Of a stretch of 64,000 nucleotides of DNA, positions 1 through 9,984 are shown one piece after another; positions within the stretch are counted from its first letter, which is position 1, and every line of letters begins with the position of its first letter. The notes beneath the pieces were generated by a model. The model did no database searches and was not told the origin of the DNA. It saw only the letters and a program-made list of their open reading frames with translations. Source of the stretch: Acutalibacteraceae bacterium (lineage in GTDB: Bacteria > Bacillota > Clostridia > Oscillospirales > Acutalibacteraceae); the NCBI GenBank assembly GCA_045614385.1, contig JAZLCS010000113.1, forward strand, positions 4,159 through 68,158, given 5' to 3'. The translations under genes were made by a program, and so were the position numbers.

Positions 1-1
1 C

Positions 2-541
2 GAACTCGGCACAAGAACTGTTCATTTCTCGCGCGAAATTTTTGTTGAACGCGATGACTTTATGATTGAGCCTCCCAAGAAATATTTCAGGCTCTTCCCC
101 GGCAATGAGGTCCGCCTCAAGAGCGCATATTTTGTAACCTGTAACAGCTATGAAACAGACGAAAACGGCGAGGTTACATGCCTCCACTGCACATATGACC
201 CTGCATCCAAGGGCGGCGAAGCTCCCGACGGCAGAAAGGTCAGGGGAACAATCCACTGGGTCAGCGCTTCCGACAGCGTGCCCTGCGAAATCCGCCTTTA
301 TGACCGCCTTTTCTGTGCGGAGAATCCCTTTGTTGACGGAAAAGAAAACTATCTTAATCATCTTAATCCGAATTCTCTTGAAATTCTTGAAAACTGCCTT
401 GTTGAAGGCGGACTTAAGGATGCAAAATGCGGCGATGCCTTCCAGTTTATGAGACAGGGCTATTTCTGCGTTGATAAAAAATCAACCGATGACAAGCTTG
501 TCTTTAACCGTACGGTTGCCCTCAATTCTTCGTGGAAATAA
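2..541 (+). CDS. glnS: glutamine--tRNA ligase, 3' part (5' end outside window)
   Basis: Open frame from base 2; [36 protein letters not shown] and FNRTVAL match the GlnRS anticodon-binding region. Confidence 0.93.
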   Translation, partial: ELGTRTVHFSREIFVERDDFMIEPPKKYFRLFPGNEVRLKSAYFVTCNSYETDENGEVTCLHCTYDPASKGGEAPDGRKVRGTIHWVSASDSVPCEIRLYDRLFCAENPFVDGKENYLNHLNPNSLEILENCLVEGGLKDAKCGDAFQFMRQGYFCVDKKSTDDKLVFNRTVALNSSWK

Positions 542-561
542 AAACGAAAGGACTAAAACAA

Positions 562-1191
562 ATGAAAGCTCTTTACCGAATTGTTAATGTGCTGCTTGCG
601 GCAACCATTTTCCCCGTAGCACTTTTCCTTGACTTTGTTATTATCAAGGTTTCAACCACGCTTTTTGATGCCGGCATTATGGAAACCTTTACGCTCAAAA
701 AAATTATTGACATTTTAAGGGGCGAAGAAACCCTTTTCGGTATTCCCATCGAGCTTGGCGAAACAAGCCTTACCTGGCCCGCGGCTCTTGACCCCGCAAA
801 AGGCAGGCTTATTGCAACGGTTGTTTGCTTTGTTCTTGCTTTTGTTGCCGCTTTGTTCATTATTGTCTGGTCGGCTTGCAGCAACAAGCGAATCCCCGTT
901 ATTATTGCAAGCGTTGTCGGCTTTGCTTCGGTTATCACAATGACAACCTGCTTCCATTCCGCGGCGTCGCTTCTTACCGAGGGCGTTATCAACGTTGTTG
1001 AGCTTTTCAGTTCAAGCTGGCTCATATCCCTGGTCGGCGAGCTTATTAATGTTGATGCGCTTGCATTTGCAGGCTTCCAGAACGGCATGCTGATTGTTTT
1101 CATCTGTCTGCTTGTCTGGACGGGCGCGTATTATCTTGTTGAAATCGGCGAGCCCAATGAAGAAAAGTCCGCAAAAAAGAAACATAATTAA
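562..1191 (+). CDS. hypothetical membrane protein (about 4 TM)
   Basis: Hydrophobic helices; AAAGGA upstream of ATG 562. Confidence 0.75.
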   Translation: MKALYRIVNVLLAATIFPVALFLDFVIIKVSTTLFDAGIMETFTLKKIIDILRGEETLFGIPIELGETSLTWPAALDPAKGRLIATVVCFVLAFVAALFIIVWSACSNKRIPVIIASVVGFASVITMTTCFHSAASLLTEGVINVVELFSSSWLISLVGELINVDALAFAGFQNGMLIVFICLLVWTGAYYLVEIGEPNEEKSAKKKHN

Positions 1192-1203
1192 GGATAGGTT
1201 GAC

Positions 1204-1626
1204 ATGAAAAAACTTGTTTCAATTCTTTTGGTTGCTGTTTTTGCTTTAAGCTTCACCGCCTGCGCGGATAATTCGGATTTTGAGCAGGATCCGGTCACGC
1301 TTCTTCAGAACGATGTTATCGGCTCATTCGGAATCAGCCATACCGACAAAAAGATTGTTTCATATATCGCCGAAAACAATTATGTGAAGTATATTCTCAT
1401 CGGATATCAGAACGGCAGCAAGATAAGCGAAGAGACCCATTATTTTTACAATAATGATGGCGATTTTGAAGAGGCTGCGGAGCTTTATGAAAAAGACAGC
1501 TCTGTCACAATCGACAGCGAAAAGCGTCATATCTCAATGCTCAGCGCGGAAATCCACGAGGGAAGCTACAGCGCAGATTGCGAGATGCTGGAAAGCAAAG
1601 GATATACAATCAGAAAAGTAGACTGA
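1204..1626 (+). CDS. hypothetical lipoprotein
   Basis: Signal peptide ending FTAC (lipobox). Confidence 0.75.
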   Translation: MKKLVSILLVAVFALSFTACADNSDFEQDPVTLLQNDVIGSFGISHTDKKIVSYIAENNYVKYILIGYQNGSKISEETHYFYNNDGDFEEAAELYEKDSSVTIDSEKRHISMLSAEIHEGSYSADCEMLESKGYTIRKVD

Positions 1627-1716
1627 AAATCCGAATGAATATTTTGCTCCGATGCGGTTAAAATAGTCGCAAGCGGGATTTACTGCCCGCCAAAACGCAA
1701 AAAGGGAGCAATAGCT

Positions 1717-1950
1717 ATGAAAAAGGCAACAGTTGCCCTTGCCGCCGCGCTTGTTTTGATTGCAGGCATTTTTGCCGGCTGCAACGGCGCAGACACGGGC
1801 AAAGTCTCCGACACCAATGAGGATCTTGGCGGAGTAATTACCGAAATGGCAACGGATATTTCCGATATGTTTGACGGCGATATGATGACCTCCGATGTCA
1901 GCGACACCGCCTCAGCAACAGAAATCTCAACACAAACAACAACAGCATAA
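1717..1950 (+). CDS. small acidic Thr-rich lipoprotein
   Basis: AGGGAG RBS, FAGC lipobox, followed by a terminator. Confidence 0.7.
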   Translation: MKKATVALAAALVLIAGIFAGCNGADTGKVSDTNEDLGGVITEMATDISDMFDGDMMTSDVSDTASATEISTQTTTA

Positions 1951-1951
1951 A

Positions 1952-1983
1952 AAAAGAAGCATTGCGTTTGCAATGCTTCTTTT
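1952..1983. terminator. bidirectional intrinsic terminator
   Basis: aaaagaagcattgc-gttt-gcaatgcttctttt between convergent genes. Confidence 0.85.
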
Positions 1984-2001
1984 CATTTGTTTTATGTTTA
2001 A

Positions 2002-2892
2002 TTATGCTGCAACTGTTGTTTCTTCAGCAGGATTTGTTCTGTCGATTGAATAATTAACAGCGTTTCTGTAACGGAAGGTTACGGGAACTGTACCCATTTC
2101 TGCAAGAGAACCTGTGCCTGTAACTTCTGTTTCAACGTCAATGTTCTTTACATATTCGATTGAAATAACTTCGTCGGTTTCAACGTTGGCTGTGATGATA
2201 ATCTGGCAGTCCTTATATGTAAGAGTGGGCTGAGCAACGGTCATGTATTTTTCAGCCTTTTTGAATTCTTCAAGAACTTCGTCAACATTGCCGAGTTCGT
2301 ATGCCTTCTCAAGAGTTGCGGGAAGAGTGGGGCTCTTGAGGTTAACGGTTATTGTTCTGATAAACTCGTTATCAACGCATGTTGCGCTGTCGATATCGTC
2401 AAGAGTGAGCTGGCTGACATAAGCAGCGCCCTTAACGGGGATGAAAGCTGCAACGTCTTCGCCGTATTCAATGCTTGCGCCGTCTTCGTGAAGCATGTAG
2501 CTGTCAAGCGAAGTGATGGCAGCGTTAAGATAGTCGTTGTCGCTCATGGGAAGGTCGTTGCCCTCTGCGTCCTTAGCCTTTTCGATGCTCTTGCTCTGGC
2601 TCATTTCAACAGCAGCTTTTGCGCTCTTGACTTCATTTATATGAAGGTTGAAATATTCAAAAATGGTTACGGTGTTTGCCGCAAGAGCTTCGGGGGAATA
2701 GGTTGTGTCGGTAACAACGTTGCTTTCTTCGTCAACCGATGTTGTGATGTCGGTGGGAAGAGGTGTTTTAACATTGATAGTGGTTGTGGTGGTTGATTCT
2801 TCTTCTGTGGTTGAGGAACAGCCTGCAAATCCGAAAAGCAAAGAGAAAACAAGAACAACGCTTATCAATGCCAATATCTTTTTATTCATCAT
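2002..2892 (-). CDS. hypothetical lipoprotein
   Basis: AAGGAG RBS before MMNKK; FAGC lipobox; Thr-rich linker. Confidence 0.8.
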   Translation of the reverse strand: MMNKKILALISVVLVFSLLFGFAGCSSTTEEESTTTTTINVKTPLPTDITTSVDEESNVVTDTTYSPEALAANTVTIFEYFNLHINEVKSAKAAVEMSQSKSIEKAKDAEGNDLPMSDNDYLNAAITSLDSYMLHEDGASIEYGEDVAAFIPVKGAAYVSQLTLDDIDSATCVDNEFIRTITVNLKSPTLPATLEKAYELGNVDEVLEEFKKAEKYMTVAQPTLTYKDCQIIITANVETDEVISIEYVKNIDVETEVTGTGSLAEMGTVPVTFRYRNAVNYSIDRTNPAEETTVAA

Positions 2893-3049
2893 AAATATCT
2901 CCTTTCGCAACCGGCAACAGCCGAAATGCGGATTAATAAAAACATTATAACATATTGATTGCCAAAATACAGCCAAATTTTATGAAATAAAAATTTTTGT
3001 TGAAAGTGAAAAAATTAAGCTTATTCCGTTTGTGTAAAATGCATAACAA

Positions 3050-4330
3050 TCAAACATTAATACCCTTTTCATCAAAGAGAAAAGCTGTTTCAAGGCAGAT
3101 ATCAAGACCGGCTTCAAGTGCCTTGAGGTCAAGATTTTCATGGGTATCAAGTCTTGTGTGATAATAACGGGCGGGGGTGGGGTCCATTGCGCAGAAGGCA
3201 GCCGCCTTGATTCCGCACTTGCTCTTTGTGACAGCGGCGGCGTCGGTTGAGCCGAGGGGGATTGATTTGAAGGGGATATCGTCATAGCCTGCGATTTTGC
3301 CGCCCTCTCTGACAAGCTTGCAGGCTTCAGGGCTGTTGCTGACGGTGCCTGTCATATCCTTGCTGTAGATAGTCATATGGTCAAAGTCACGGATAGTGTC
3401 AAGCGCAATAAAAACGGTTTCAACATCAGAAAATTCCTTACCGTGTTTTTTGCAGAAATCCTTTGCGCCTCTGAGGCCGACCTCTTCAGAGCCGGTGCAG
3501 AGAGCAACAACCTCTGTGTTTTCGAAGCGGATGTCATTATCCTGCATGAATTTGAGAATCGCGATGGAGGAGAAGCAGCCCGTGAGGTCATCGTTTGCGC
3601 CCTCAACAATGCGTTTTTTGTCATAGAAGAATGATGCGCCGATAAAGAAAACGATGAATCCGAGCATGATGTAGCTGAGTATGTCAACCGTTTGCGATGC
3701 AACAAAATCGGGGTCCGCGCTGCCTTTGACAACGGCGATGATGCTGCAAACCACGCAGAAAACAACGCCGATAAGTGCGCCGCCGACAACGGGATAGAGC
3801 AGCTTGCCTTTGGCATAATAAGTGAAACGCCATTCCATAGCCGAATCGGCATGGCCCGCAAAAATTATGCGGCGTTTTGTTTCACCCGAGGCCTTGCGGA
3901 TGCCGTAGGTGTTGTATGAAGTCTTTTTCGGCAGGAATTTATCCAGCGTTTCGCCGTAAAAAAGAAATTCGGTAACTATGAAGAAAATGCAGATTGCCGC
4001 AAAGGCAACAGACACATAGAAAAGCGGAACAATTCCGAAAAACTGAGCAACAAAAAACAGAACGGAAGAAATGCTCATCAAAACAACCGAAAGGGGAATC
4101 CAGCCGAGGAATGCTTTGGGATGAACGGCAAAAGAATCAACCTTCACCTCGTCGCAGCAGGTCTTAAGCTCCTCCGACATATATTCAATGCCTTTTTTTT
4201 CAGCTTCGGTACCCGAAAATCTGGGGCCGATTTCTTTGCACACCTTTTTAATGCTTCTGGCAGCATAGTTTGTGTACATACGTCTTTCCGACTGATAGTT
4301 TTTAACGCTTTCGTTTGCTTTCAAAAACAA
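3050..4330 (-). CDS. membrane-embedded M28/M20-family metallopeptidase
   Basis: GHADS, GANDD, GSEEVG, STDAA and YHT motifs with TM insertions; TTG start after AAGGAG. Confidence 0.85.
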   Translation of the reverse strand: MFLKANESVKNYQSERRMYTNYAARSIKKVCKEIGPRFSGTEAEKKGIEYMSEELKTCCDEVKVDSFAVHPKAFLGWIPLSVVLMSISSVLFFVAQFFGIVPLFYVSVAFAAICIFFIVTEFLFYGETLDKFLPKKTSYNTYGIRKASGETKRRIIFAGHADSAMEWRFTYYAKGKLLYPVVGGALIGVVFCVVCSIIAVVKGSADPDFVASQTVDILSYIMLGFIVFFIGASFFYDKKRIVEGANDDLTGCFSSIAILKFMQDNDIRFENTEVVALCTGSEEVGLRGAKDFCKKHGKEFSDVETVFIALDTIRDFDHMTIYSKDMTGTVSNSPEACKLVREGGKIAGYDDIPFKSIPLGSTDAAAVTKSKCGIKAAAFCAMDPTPARYYHTRLDTHENLDLKALEAGLDICLETAFLFDEKGINV

Positions 4331-4399
4331 ACACTCCTTTCATTTTTTCCAAAACGTCTTTCCCGTTTGTGATATTTTTATTAATAATGCGGTTTTTGT

Positions 4400-4428
4400 T
4401 TGACAACCGCTTGCATTCCTATTAGAAT
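4400..4428 (+). promoter_or_regulatory. sigmaA-type promoter
   Basis: TTGACA-17 nt-TAGAAT upstream of 4465. Confidence 0.7.
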
Positions 4429-4464
4429 ATATAATGTTAAAATTAATGAGAGAGGTTATACATA

Positions 4465-5274
4465 ATGAAAAAAATTCTGACAATGGTGCTTTTCGGCATT
4501 CTTGCCGTTGTTCTTGTCGGCTATGCGGTTTCTTCCCTGGCTTCAAAGGATGACCCTTCCGTTGCCGACGGCACGGTTATCGACATTGAAAACACCGAAT
4601 ACGACATGCAGGTAAACGCCGCTGTGCAGACAACCCTGCCCGTTATCAAAATTGAAAATTATGAATACGCCTATGCAGGCTTTGAGCCGGCTTTTGCAAA
4701 TGTTGAAATCGAGGACTGGAAAATGCTGCTGGTCAACAGGGATTATATCCTCCCCGAGGATTTTGAGGTTGAGCTTGCACCCTGCATAACCTCTGACCCC
4801 GACAGCATGAAGCTTGATTACCGCGTTGCGCCGCATTATAACGAAATGTATCTTGCCGCGCTTGCAGACGGAGTTGAGCTGACTCCCGTTTCGGGCTATC
4901 GCTCGGTTGAACGCCAGCAGAGAAACTTTGAAAATAAGATTCAGAAATATCTTGACCAGGGCTACGGAAAGGTTGAAGCCACGCAAATGGCGGCAACGAT
5001 AATTCTGCCGCCCGGCACAAGCGAGCATAATGCGGGGCTTGCCATGGATATCTGCAGCCTTGAGCAGAATTTTGAGGAAACCGAAGAATTCAGATGGCTT
5101 GATGAAAACGCCGCGGACTACGGCTTTATCATGCGCTATCCCGAAGATAAGCAGGATGTGACAAAAATCATCTATGAGCCGTGGCACTGGAGATATGTCG
5201 GCGTTGAAGCCGCCAAGGAAATGAAGGCAAGCGGCGAATGCTTTGAGGAATATCTCGGGGTTGTGAATAATTAA
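4465..5274 (+). CDS. D-Ala-D-Ala carboxypeptidase, M15B/VanY family
   Basis: N-terminal TM; SGYRS, PGTSEHNAGLAMD and EPWHWRYVG. Confidence 0.92.
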   Translation: MKKILTMVLFGILAVVLVGYAVSSLASKDDPSVADGTVIDIENTEYDMQVNAAVQTTLPVIKIENYEYAYAGFEPAFANVEIEDWKMLLVNRDYILPEDFEVELAPCITSDPDSMKLDYRVAPHYNEMYLAALADGVELTPVSGYRSVERQQRNFENKIQKYLDQGYGKVEATQMAATIILPPGTSEHNAGLAMDICSLEQNFEETEEFRWLDENAADYGFIMRYPEDKQDVTKIIYEPWHWRYVGVEAAKEMKASGECFEEYLGVVNN

Positions 5275-5861
5275 ACCTTGCGTTTATTCTCCGGCTCTCC
5301 GCCTTCGGCGATGTTTTCTCTTTTAAGAACAACCAGAACGGTTTTGAATAAAATTTTAATATCAAGCGAAAGGCTCTGTTTGTCAATGTATTCCTTGTCA
5401 AACAGGGCTTTTTCCGATATTGAAAGGTTATCTCTTCCGTTAACCTGAGCAAGACCCGTTATGCCGGGGCGCACGGAATAGACGTTATATTCTTTTCGAA
5501 GCTCGCGGATTTCCTTTTCTTCGGGGATAAGAGGTCTGGGGCCGACAAAGCTCATGTCACCCAAAAGCACGTTAACAAGCTGGGGAAGCTCATCAAGGCT
5601 TGTCTTGCGAAGAAATCTTCCGCTTTTTGTTATATATTTTTCGGCATCCTTAAGGTCGGCGGTTGCAGCGTTCCTTGTGTTTCTTCTCATTGTGCGGAAC
5701 TTATAAACATAAAAAAGCCTGTTGTCTTTGCCGACTCTGTATTGCCTGAAAATAACAGGTGTTCCCGCATCGATAAGCACAATAAGGCTTATCAGCACAA
5801 AAACGGGGAACAAAAGAATGATGAGCAGCAGGCTCACCGTAAAATCAAAAGCTCGTTTCAT
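5271..5861 (-). CDS. bacterial sugar transferase (undecaprenyl-phosphate glycosylphosphotransferase)
   Basis: KRAFD, KFRTM, SLDELPQL, MSFVGPRP and PGITGLAQV; GAGGTG RBS before ATG 5861. Confidence 0.93.
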   Translation of the reverse strand: MKRAFDFTVSLLLIILLFPVFVLISLIVLIDAGTPVIFRQYRVGKDNRLFYVYKFRTMRRNTRNAATADLKDAEKYITKSGRFLRKTSLDELPQLVNVLLGDMSFVGPRPLIPEEKEIRELRKEYNVYSVRPGITGLAQVNGRDNLSISEKALFDKEYIDKQSLSLDIKILFKTVLVVLKRENIAEGGEPENKRKV

Positions 5862-5875
5862 TTCACACCTCGGAT

Positions 5876-6481
5876 TTATGAACGTTTTGCCCAAAAAACA
5901 TAGTCTTCTATCAGAACCGCTCTGACGGGAGCACCTTCAAGTCCGTCATAAAGAACCGGCGGAGCAAAAAGGAAATAATTGCCCGGCTCAACCTTTGAAA
6001 GGTCAAGCCCCTCAAGAACTGCAATGTCATTTTGCAGAAAAGCTTTGTGAGGGCCCGTCTGGTTACCCTTGCAGCCGATTGAAAGGGAATCCGTGCCGAT
6101 AAGCTCCAGACCGCGCTCGGCAAGCTCCTGCGCAGAGGAATCCATAAAAAACGCCCTTCCCCCGCCTTTTATGAGCAACCGCTTGCAGTTTTTTGGGAAG
6201 CAACGGTCAACATAATCGCCCGTTATAATTCCCGGCGGCACCTGCAAAACCGTGCACGGACCTATGTAAGCCTCTATCGGCATTTCTTCAATCGTTTTGC
6301 CACCGCTGATAAAATGCAGCGGTGCATCTGCGTGGGTTGCCGTGTGTGAACAGGCATGAACAACCGTCAGATTGCATTCGGCGTTCTCGCCGATTTCGCA
6401 AATCTGCTCATATTCAGGCTCAGGGTCGCCCGGATAAACATCGCTTGAAAAGAATTTTCTTGAAATGTCAATCAGTTTCAT
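5876..6481 (-). CDS. cyclase family / kynurenine formamidase-like protein
   Basis: VYPGDP, HTATHADAPLHF and EGAPVRAV. Confidence 0.88.
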   Translation of the reverse strand: MKLIDISRKFFSSDVYPGDPEPEYEQICEIGENAECNLTVVHACSHTATHADAPLHFISGGKTIEEMPIEAYIGPCTVLQVPPGIITGDYVDRCFPKNCKRLLIKGGGRAFFMDSSAQELAERGLELIGTDSLSIGCKGNQTGPHKAFLQNDIAVLEGLDLSKVEPGNYFLFAPPVLYDGLEGAPVRAVLIEDYVFWAKRS

Positions 6482-6499
6482 GCATGCTCACCTACATTA

Positions 6500-7618
6500 T
6501 TATTTTGCATTTTCCTTTAACGATTCCATTTTCAGATAGGCATTGATGAAGCCGTCAATGTCGCCGTCCATAACAGCATTGATGTTACCTGCTTCAAAGC
6601 CCGTTCTGTGGTCTTTTGCGAGAGTATAGGGCATGAAAACATAGGAGCGTATCTGGCTGCCCCAGGCGATTTCGCGCTGCTCGCCCTTGATGTCATCGAT
6701 TTTGTCAAGATGCTCTCTTTCTTTAATTTCGATGAGCTTGGATTTGAGCATTTTCATGGCAACGTCTCTGTTCTGATGCTGGCTTCTTTCAACCTGGCAG
6801 GCGCAGACGATGCCCGTGGGGATGTGGGTAATACGAACGGCGGATGAGGTTTTGTTAACCTTCTGACCGCCCGCACCGCTGGAGCGGTAATAGTCTATTT
6901 TGAGGTCGTCGGGGTTGATTTCAACCTCAACGGTGTCATCAATTTCAGGCATAACTTCAAGCGAAGCGAACGAAGTGTGTCTTCTGCCCGAGGAGTCAAA
7001 CGGAGAAACACGCACAAGGCGGTGAACGCCCATTTCGCCCTTAAGATAGCCGTATGCATTTTCGCCCTCAACAAGAAGAACGGCGGATTTGAGACCCGCT
7101 TCGTCGCCGTCAAGGAAGTCAAGCATGCTGACCTTGAAGCCGTGCTTCTCGCCCCAGTGCTGATACATTCTGACAAGCATCTGATTCCAATCCTGCGCTT
7201 CTGTTCCGCCTGCGCCGGCGTGGAAGGTAAGAATGCAGTTTTTAGCGTCATATTCGCCCGAAAGCAGGGTGCTGAGAGTCATTGCGTCAAGCTTCGAAAC
7301 GAAGGAATCAACGCCTGCCTTGCATTCGTCGAACATATCAAGGTCTTCTTCTTCGTTTGAAAGCTCAATGAGCACAAGAGTGTCATTGAATTCGCCCTCA
7401 AGGGAATTATAAGCTCCGACCTTGTTTTTGAGCTGACTGATTCTCTGCTGAACCTTCTGAGAATTTGCAAGGTCATTCCAAAAGCCCTCTTCGGCGGTCT
7501 GAGCCTCAAGGGTTTCAATCTCTTTATTCATATCGTCAAGGCCGAGAGCCTCGCGAAGCTGCTTGAGCTTTTCTTCGTAATCGAGCAGTGAAAGTCTTAA
7601 TTCTTCAAACTGAACCAT
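6500..7618 (-). CDS. prfB: peptide chain release factor 2 (continuous ORF)
   Basis: SPF tripeptide, GGQ motif, WGSQIRSY. Confidence 0.96.
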   Translation of the reverse strand: MVQFEELRLSLLDYEEKLKQLREALGLDDMNKEIETLEAQTAEEGFWNDLANSQKVQQRISQLKNKVGAYNSLEGEFNDTLVLIELSNEEEDLDMFDECKAGVDSFVSKLDAMTLSTLLSGEYDAKNCILTFHAGAGGTEAQDWNQMLVRMYQHWGEKHGFKVSMLDFLDGDEAGLKSAVLLVEGENAYGYLKGEMGVHRLVRVSPFDSSGRRHTSFASLEVMPEIDDTVEVEINPDDLKIDYYRSSGAGGQKVNKTSSAVRITHIPTGIVCACQVERSQHQNRDVAMKMLKSKLIEIKEREHLDKIDDIKGEQREIAWGSQIRSYVFMPYTLAKDHRTGFEAGNINAVMDGDIDGFINAYLKMESLKENAK

Positions 7619-7774
7619 AAAAAATCTCCTGATGCATAATTTTTCATCCTATATTATACCTAAAAAGAAAGAGATTGTAAAGAAGTTTATATATTTTTTA
7701 ATTAGCAATTGCAATTTTGTTAATAATTAGGTAAAATATATGGTATATTATTATGCAGACACAGAAAAAAGGAG

Positions 7775-8866
7775 TTGACTCCGTTGAATTATGAAAATCA
7801 AGCCTGCTCCCACTGCGGCAAGCCGCTGAGGGAGGGTGAGGATATTGTTGTTTGCCCCGTGTGCGCAACCCCGCAGCACAGAGAATGCTGGATGCAGGCG
7901 GGTCACTGCGCAAACGACGGGCTTCACGCCTCGGGCTATGTTTGGAAAAGAGAAAGAGTTAATCAAGCAACAGAAACAGACGAGCCCGCCGGCGACAGCA
8001 GAATATGCCACATTTGCGGCAGCGAAAACCCTTCGGACAGCCTGCATTGCGGCAATTGCGGAGCTCTTTTCGGAGAAGAACAAAACGCTCAGCAAAACGG
8101 ACCAAAGCAATGCGGCTATTGCGGCACGGTTAACGACGATGATGCGCGCCACTGCAAAAACTGCGGAGCACCTCTTTTAAATCAAGGCGGTTTCTTTTCG
8201 GAAAATCCCTATCTGAGAGATTCAGGATTTGCTGCCGATGAAATGATTGGAGAAAACAAGGCGGATGACCTTGCGTTTTTCGTTCAGGCAAGCACACGCA
8301 GGTATCTGCCCAAATTTAAAAGATTTGCAAAAGGCAAAAAGCTTTCTTTCAATTTTGCCGCTTTCTTTTTTGCTCCCTACTGGTTCTTTTACAGAAAGCT
8401 GTATAAGGCGGGTGCATTCTTCATTCTTATGTTTGCGGCAGTTTCGCTGATGCTTTCGGGCTTCACCTCGGATATAGCGGAAGCTTCCTATGAATTCACC
8501 GAAAAATACGGCATGGTTGATTATTCAGCCGCAACGGAAGAAGAGCTTCTGCTTTATGAAGAGGAAATTCTCAAAGCGAGCGACGAGCTTTATGAAGCAA
8601 TCAAAAAACCCGTTCTCATCGTTGCAGGCGTTATCTTTGCAATGAATCTTGTCTGTGCTCTTTGCGCCGACTATCTTTACTATAAAAAAATCCTTGCGGA
8701 TATGAAAATCATAAACGACTCCGTAAAAGAAGAAAACATGAGAAAAATGATGATTACGCGGCGCGGTGGTCTTTCCCCCCTCGCTTTTGCGGCAAGCCTT
8801 CTGGGCTATAACTCTCTCATAAACATTCTGATTTATGCGGCTGATATGATAATGAACAGTTTTTAA
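7775..8866 (+). CDS. zinc-ribbon/RING-like protein with DUF2628-like membrane domain
   Basis: Multiple CxxC pairs; FNFAAFFFAPYWFFYRKLY; start uncertain (TTG 7775 or 7784). Confidence 0.75.
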   Translation: MTPLNYENQACSHCGKPLREGEDIVVCPVCATPQHRECWMQAGHCANDGLHASGYVWKRERVNQATETDEPAGDSRICHICGSENPSDSLHCGNCGALFGEEQNAQQNGPKQCGYCGTVNDDDARHCKNCGAPLLNQGGFFSENPYLRDSGFAADEMIGENKADDLAFFVQASTRRYLPKFKRFAKGKKLSFNFAAFFFAPYWFFYRKLYKAGAFFILMFAAVSLMLSGFTSDIAEASYEFTEKYGMVDYSAATEEELLLYEEEILKASDELYEAIKKPVLIVAGVIFAMNLVCALCADYLYYKKILADMKIINDSVKEENMRKMMITRRGGLSPLAFAASLLGYNSLINILIYAADMIMNSF

Positions 8867-8889
8867 TTTGAGTTTTGGAGGAAAACACC

Positions 8890-9774
8890 ATGAAAGTCAG
8901 AAAAGCGATTATTCCCGCAGCAGGTCTCGGCACAAGAGTTCTCCCCGCATCAAAAGCCGTTCCCAAGGAAATGCTTAACATTGTTGACAAGCCTGCAATT
9001 CAGTATATCGTTGAAGAAGCTGTTGCGGCAGGAATCGAAGACATCCTGATTATCACAAACAGAGGCAAGGGCGCTATTGAAGACCATTTTGACCATGCGT
9101 TCGAGCTTGAAGCCGGTCTTGCAGGCAACCCTGCAAAGGCAAAGCTTTATGAAGATGTTAAAGCCTGCGCAAATCTTGCCAACATATATTTCATCCGTCA
9201 GAAAGAAACAAAGGGCCTTGCTCATGCGCTTCTCTGCGGCAAGAGCTTCGTGGGCGATGAACCGTTTGCCGTTCTCTACGGAGACGACGTTATCGTTTCA
9301 GAGGATCCCGTAACCGCTCAGCTTACCCGCTGCTATGAAAAATACGGCAAGGGCGTTGTTGGCGTAAAAGAAGTTACAAGGGAGCTTATCAAGCTTTACT
9401 GCACACTTGATGTTTCGCCCATTGAAGGCGAAGACAGAGCGATGACCTGCCGCCAAATTATCGAAAAGCCGACAGACGACCAGATTCTTTCGCTTTTCGC
9501 CATTCTCGGCAGAGTTGTTCTTCCTCCCGAAACATTCGAGCTTATCGAAAAGGGTCTTGCCGCAACTCCCGAGGGAGAAGAATTCTATCTGACCGATGTT
9601 TTCACGGAGCTTGGCATGAACGACAAGCTGCTTGCATATGATTTTGACGGCAAAAGATATGACATGGGCAACAAGCTCGGTATTATGAAAGCAAATTGCG
9701 AGGTTGCTCTTGACCACCCCGAAATCGGCGAAGGCTTCAAGGCATATCTTAAGGAATTGGTTAAAACATTTTAA
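8890..9774 (+). CDS. galU: UTP--glucose-1-phosphate uridylyltransferase
   Basis: KAIIPAAGLGTRVLPASKAVPKEML, RQKETKGLAHA and EKP. Confidence 0.95.
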   Translation: MKVRKAIIPAAGLGTRVLPASKAVPKEMLNIVDKPAIQYIVEEAVAAGIEDILIITNRGKGAIEDHFDHAFELEAGLAGNPAKAKLYEDVKACANLANIYFIRQKETKGLAHALLCGKSFVGDEPFAVLYGDDVIVSEDPVTAQLTRCYEKYGKGVVGVKEVTRELIKLYCTLDVSPIEGEDRAMTCRQIIEKPTDDQILSLFAILGRVVLPPETFELIEKGLAATPEGEEFYLTDVFTELGMNDKLLAYDFDGKRYDMGNKLGIMKANCEVALDHPEIGEGFKAYLKELVKTF

Positions 9775-9808
9775 AAAAAACCGCAGGATTTGTTTCCTGC
9801 GGTTTTTT
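9775..9808. terminator. intrinsic terminator
   Basis: aaaaaaccgcagga-tttgtt-tcctgcggtttttt. Confidence 0.85.
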
Positions 9809-9867
9809 ATGCTGATATCTCGCGCCTCCCCTGCATGGTTATGTTGTCAACTTAACAGAACATTTAA

Positions 9868-9912
9868 AATCCGCCTATGGCGGATTCGGCGGCTTGGGTC
9901 AAGCCGCCCTAC
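9868..9912 (-). repeat. REP-like palindrome with adjacent hairpin
   Basis: Minus strand GTAG-GGCGGCTTG-acc-CAAGCCGCC (9912-9888); hairpin aatccgcc-tat-ggcggatt (9868-9886). Confidence 0.6.
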
Positions 9913-9984
9913 AAGGAATGTGTGTGTATCAAAACACTCAGCTCAACTTTGCCTCAAGAGGGAGCCAAATGAATTGGAATATAA

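Noticed and set aside
4465-5274. Vancomycin-resistance cluster
   Set aside because: Lone VanY-family peptidase without vanA/H/X or vanRS; probably housekeeping
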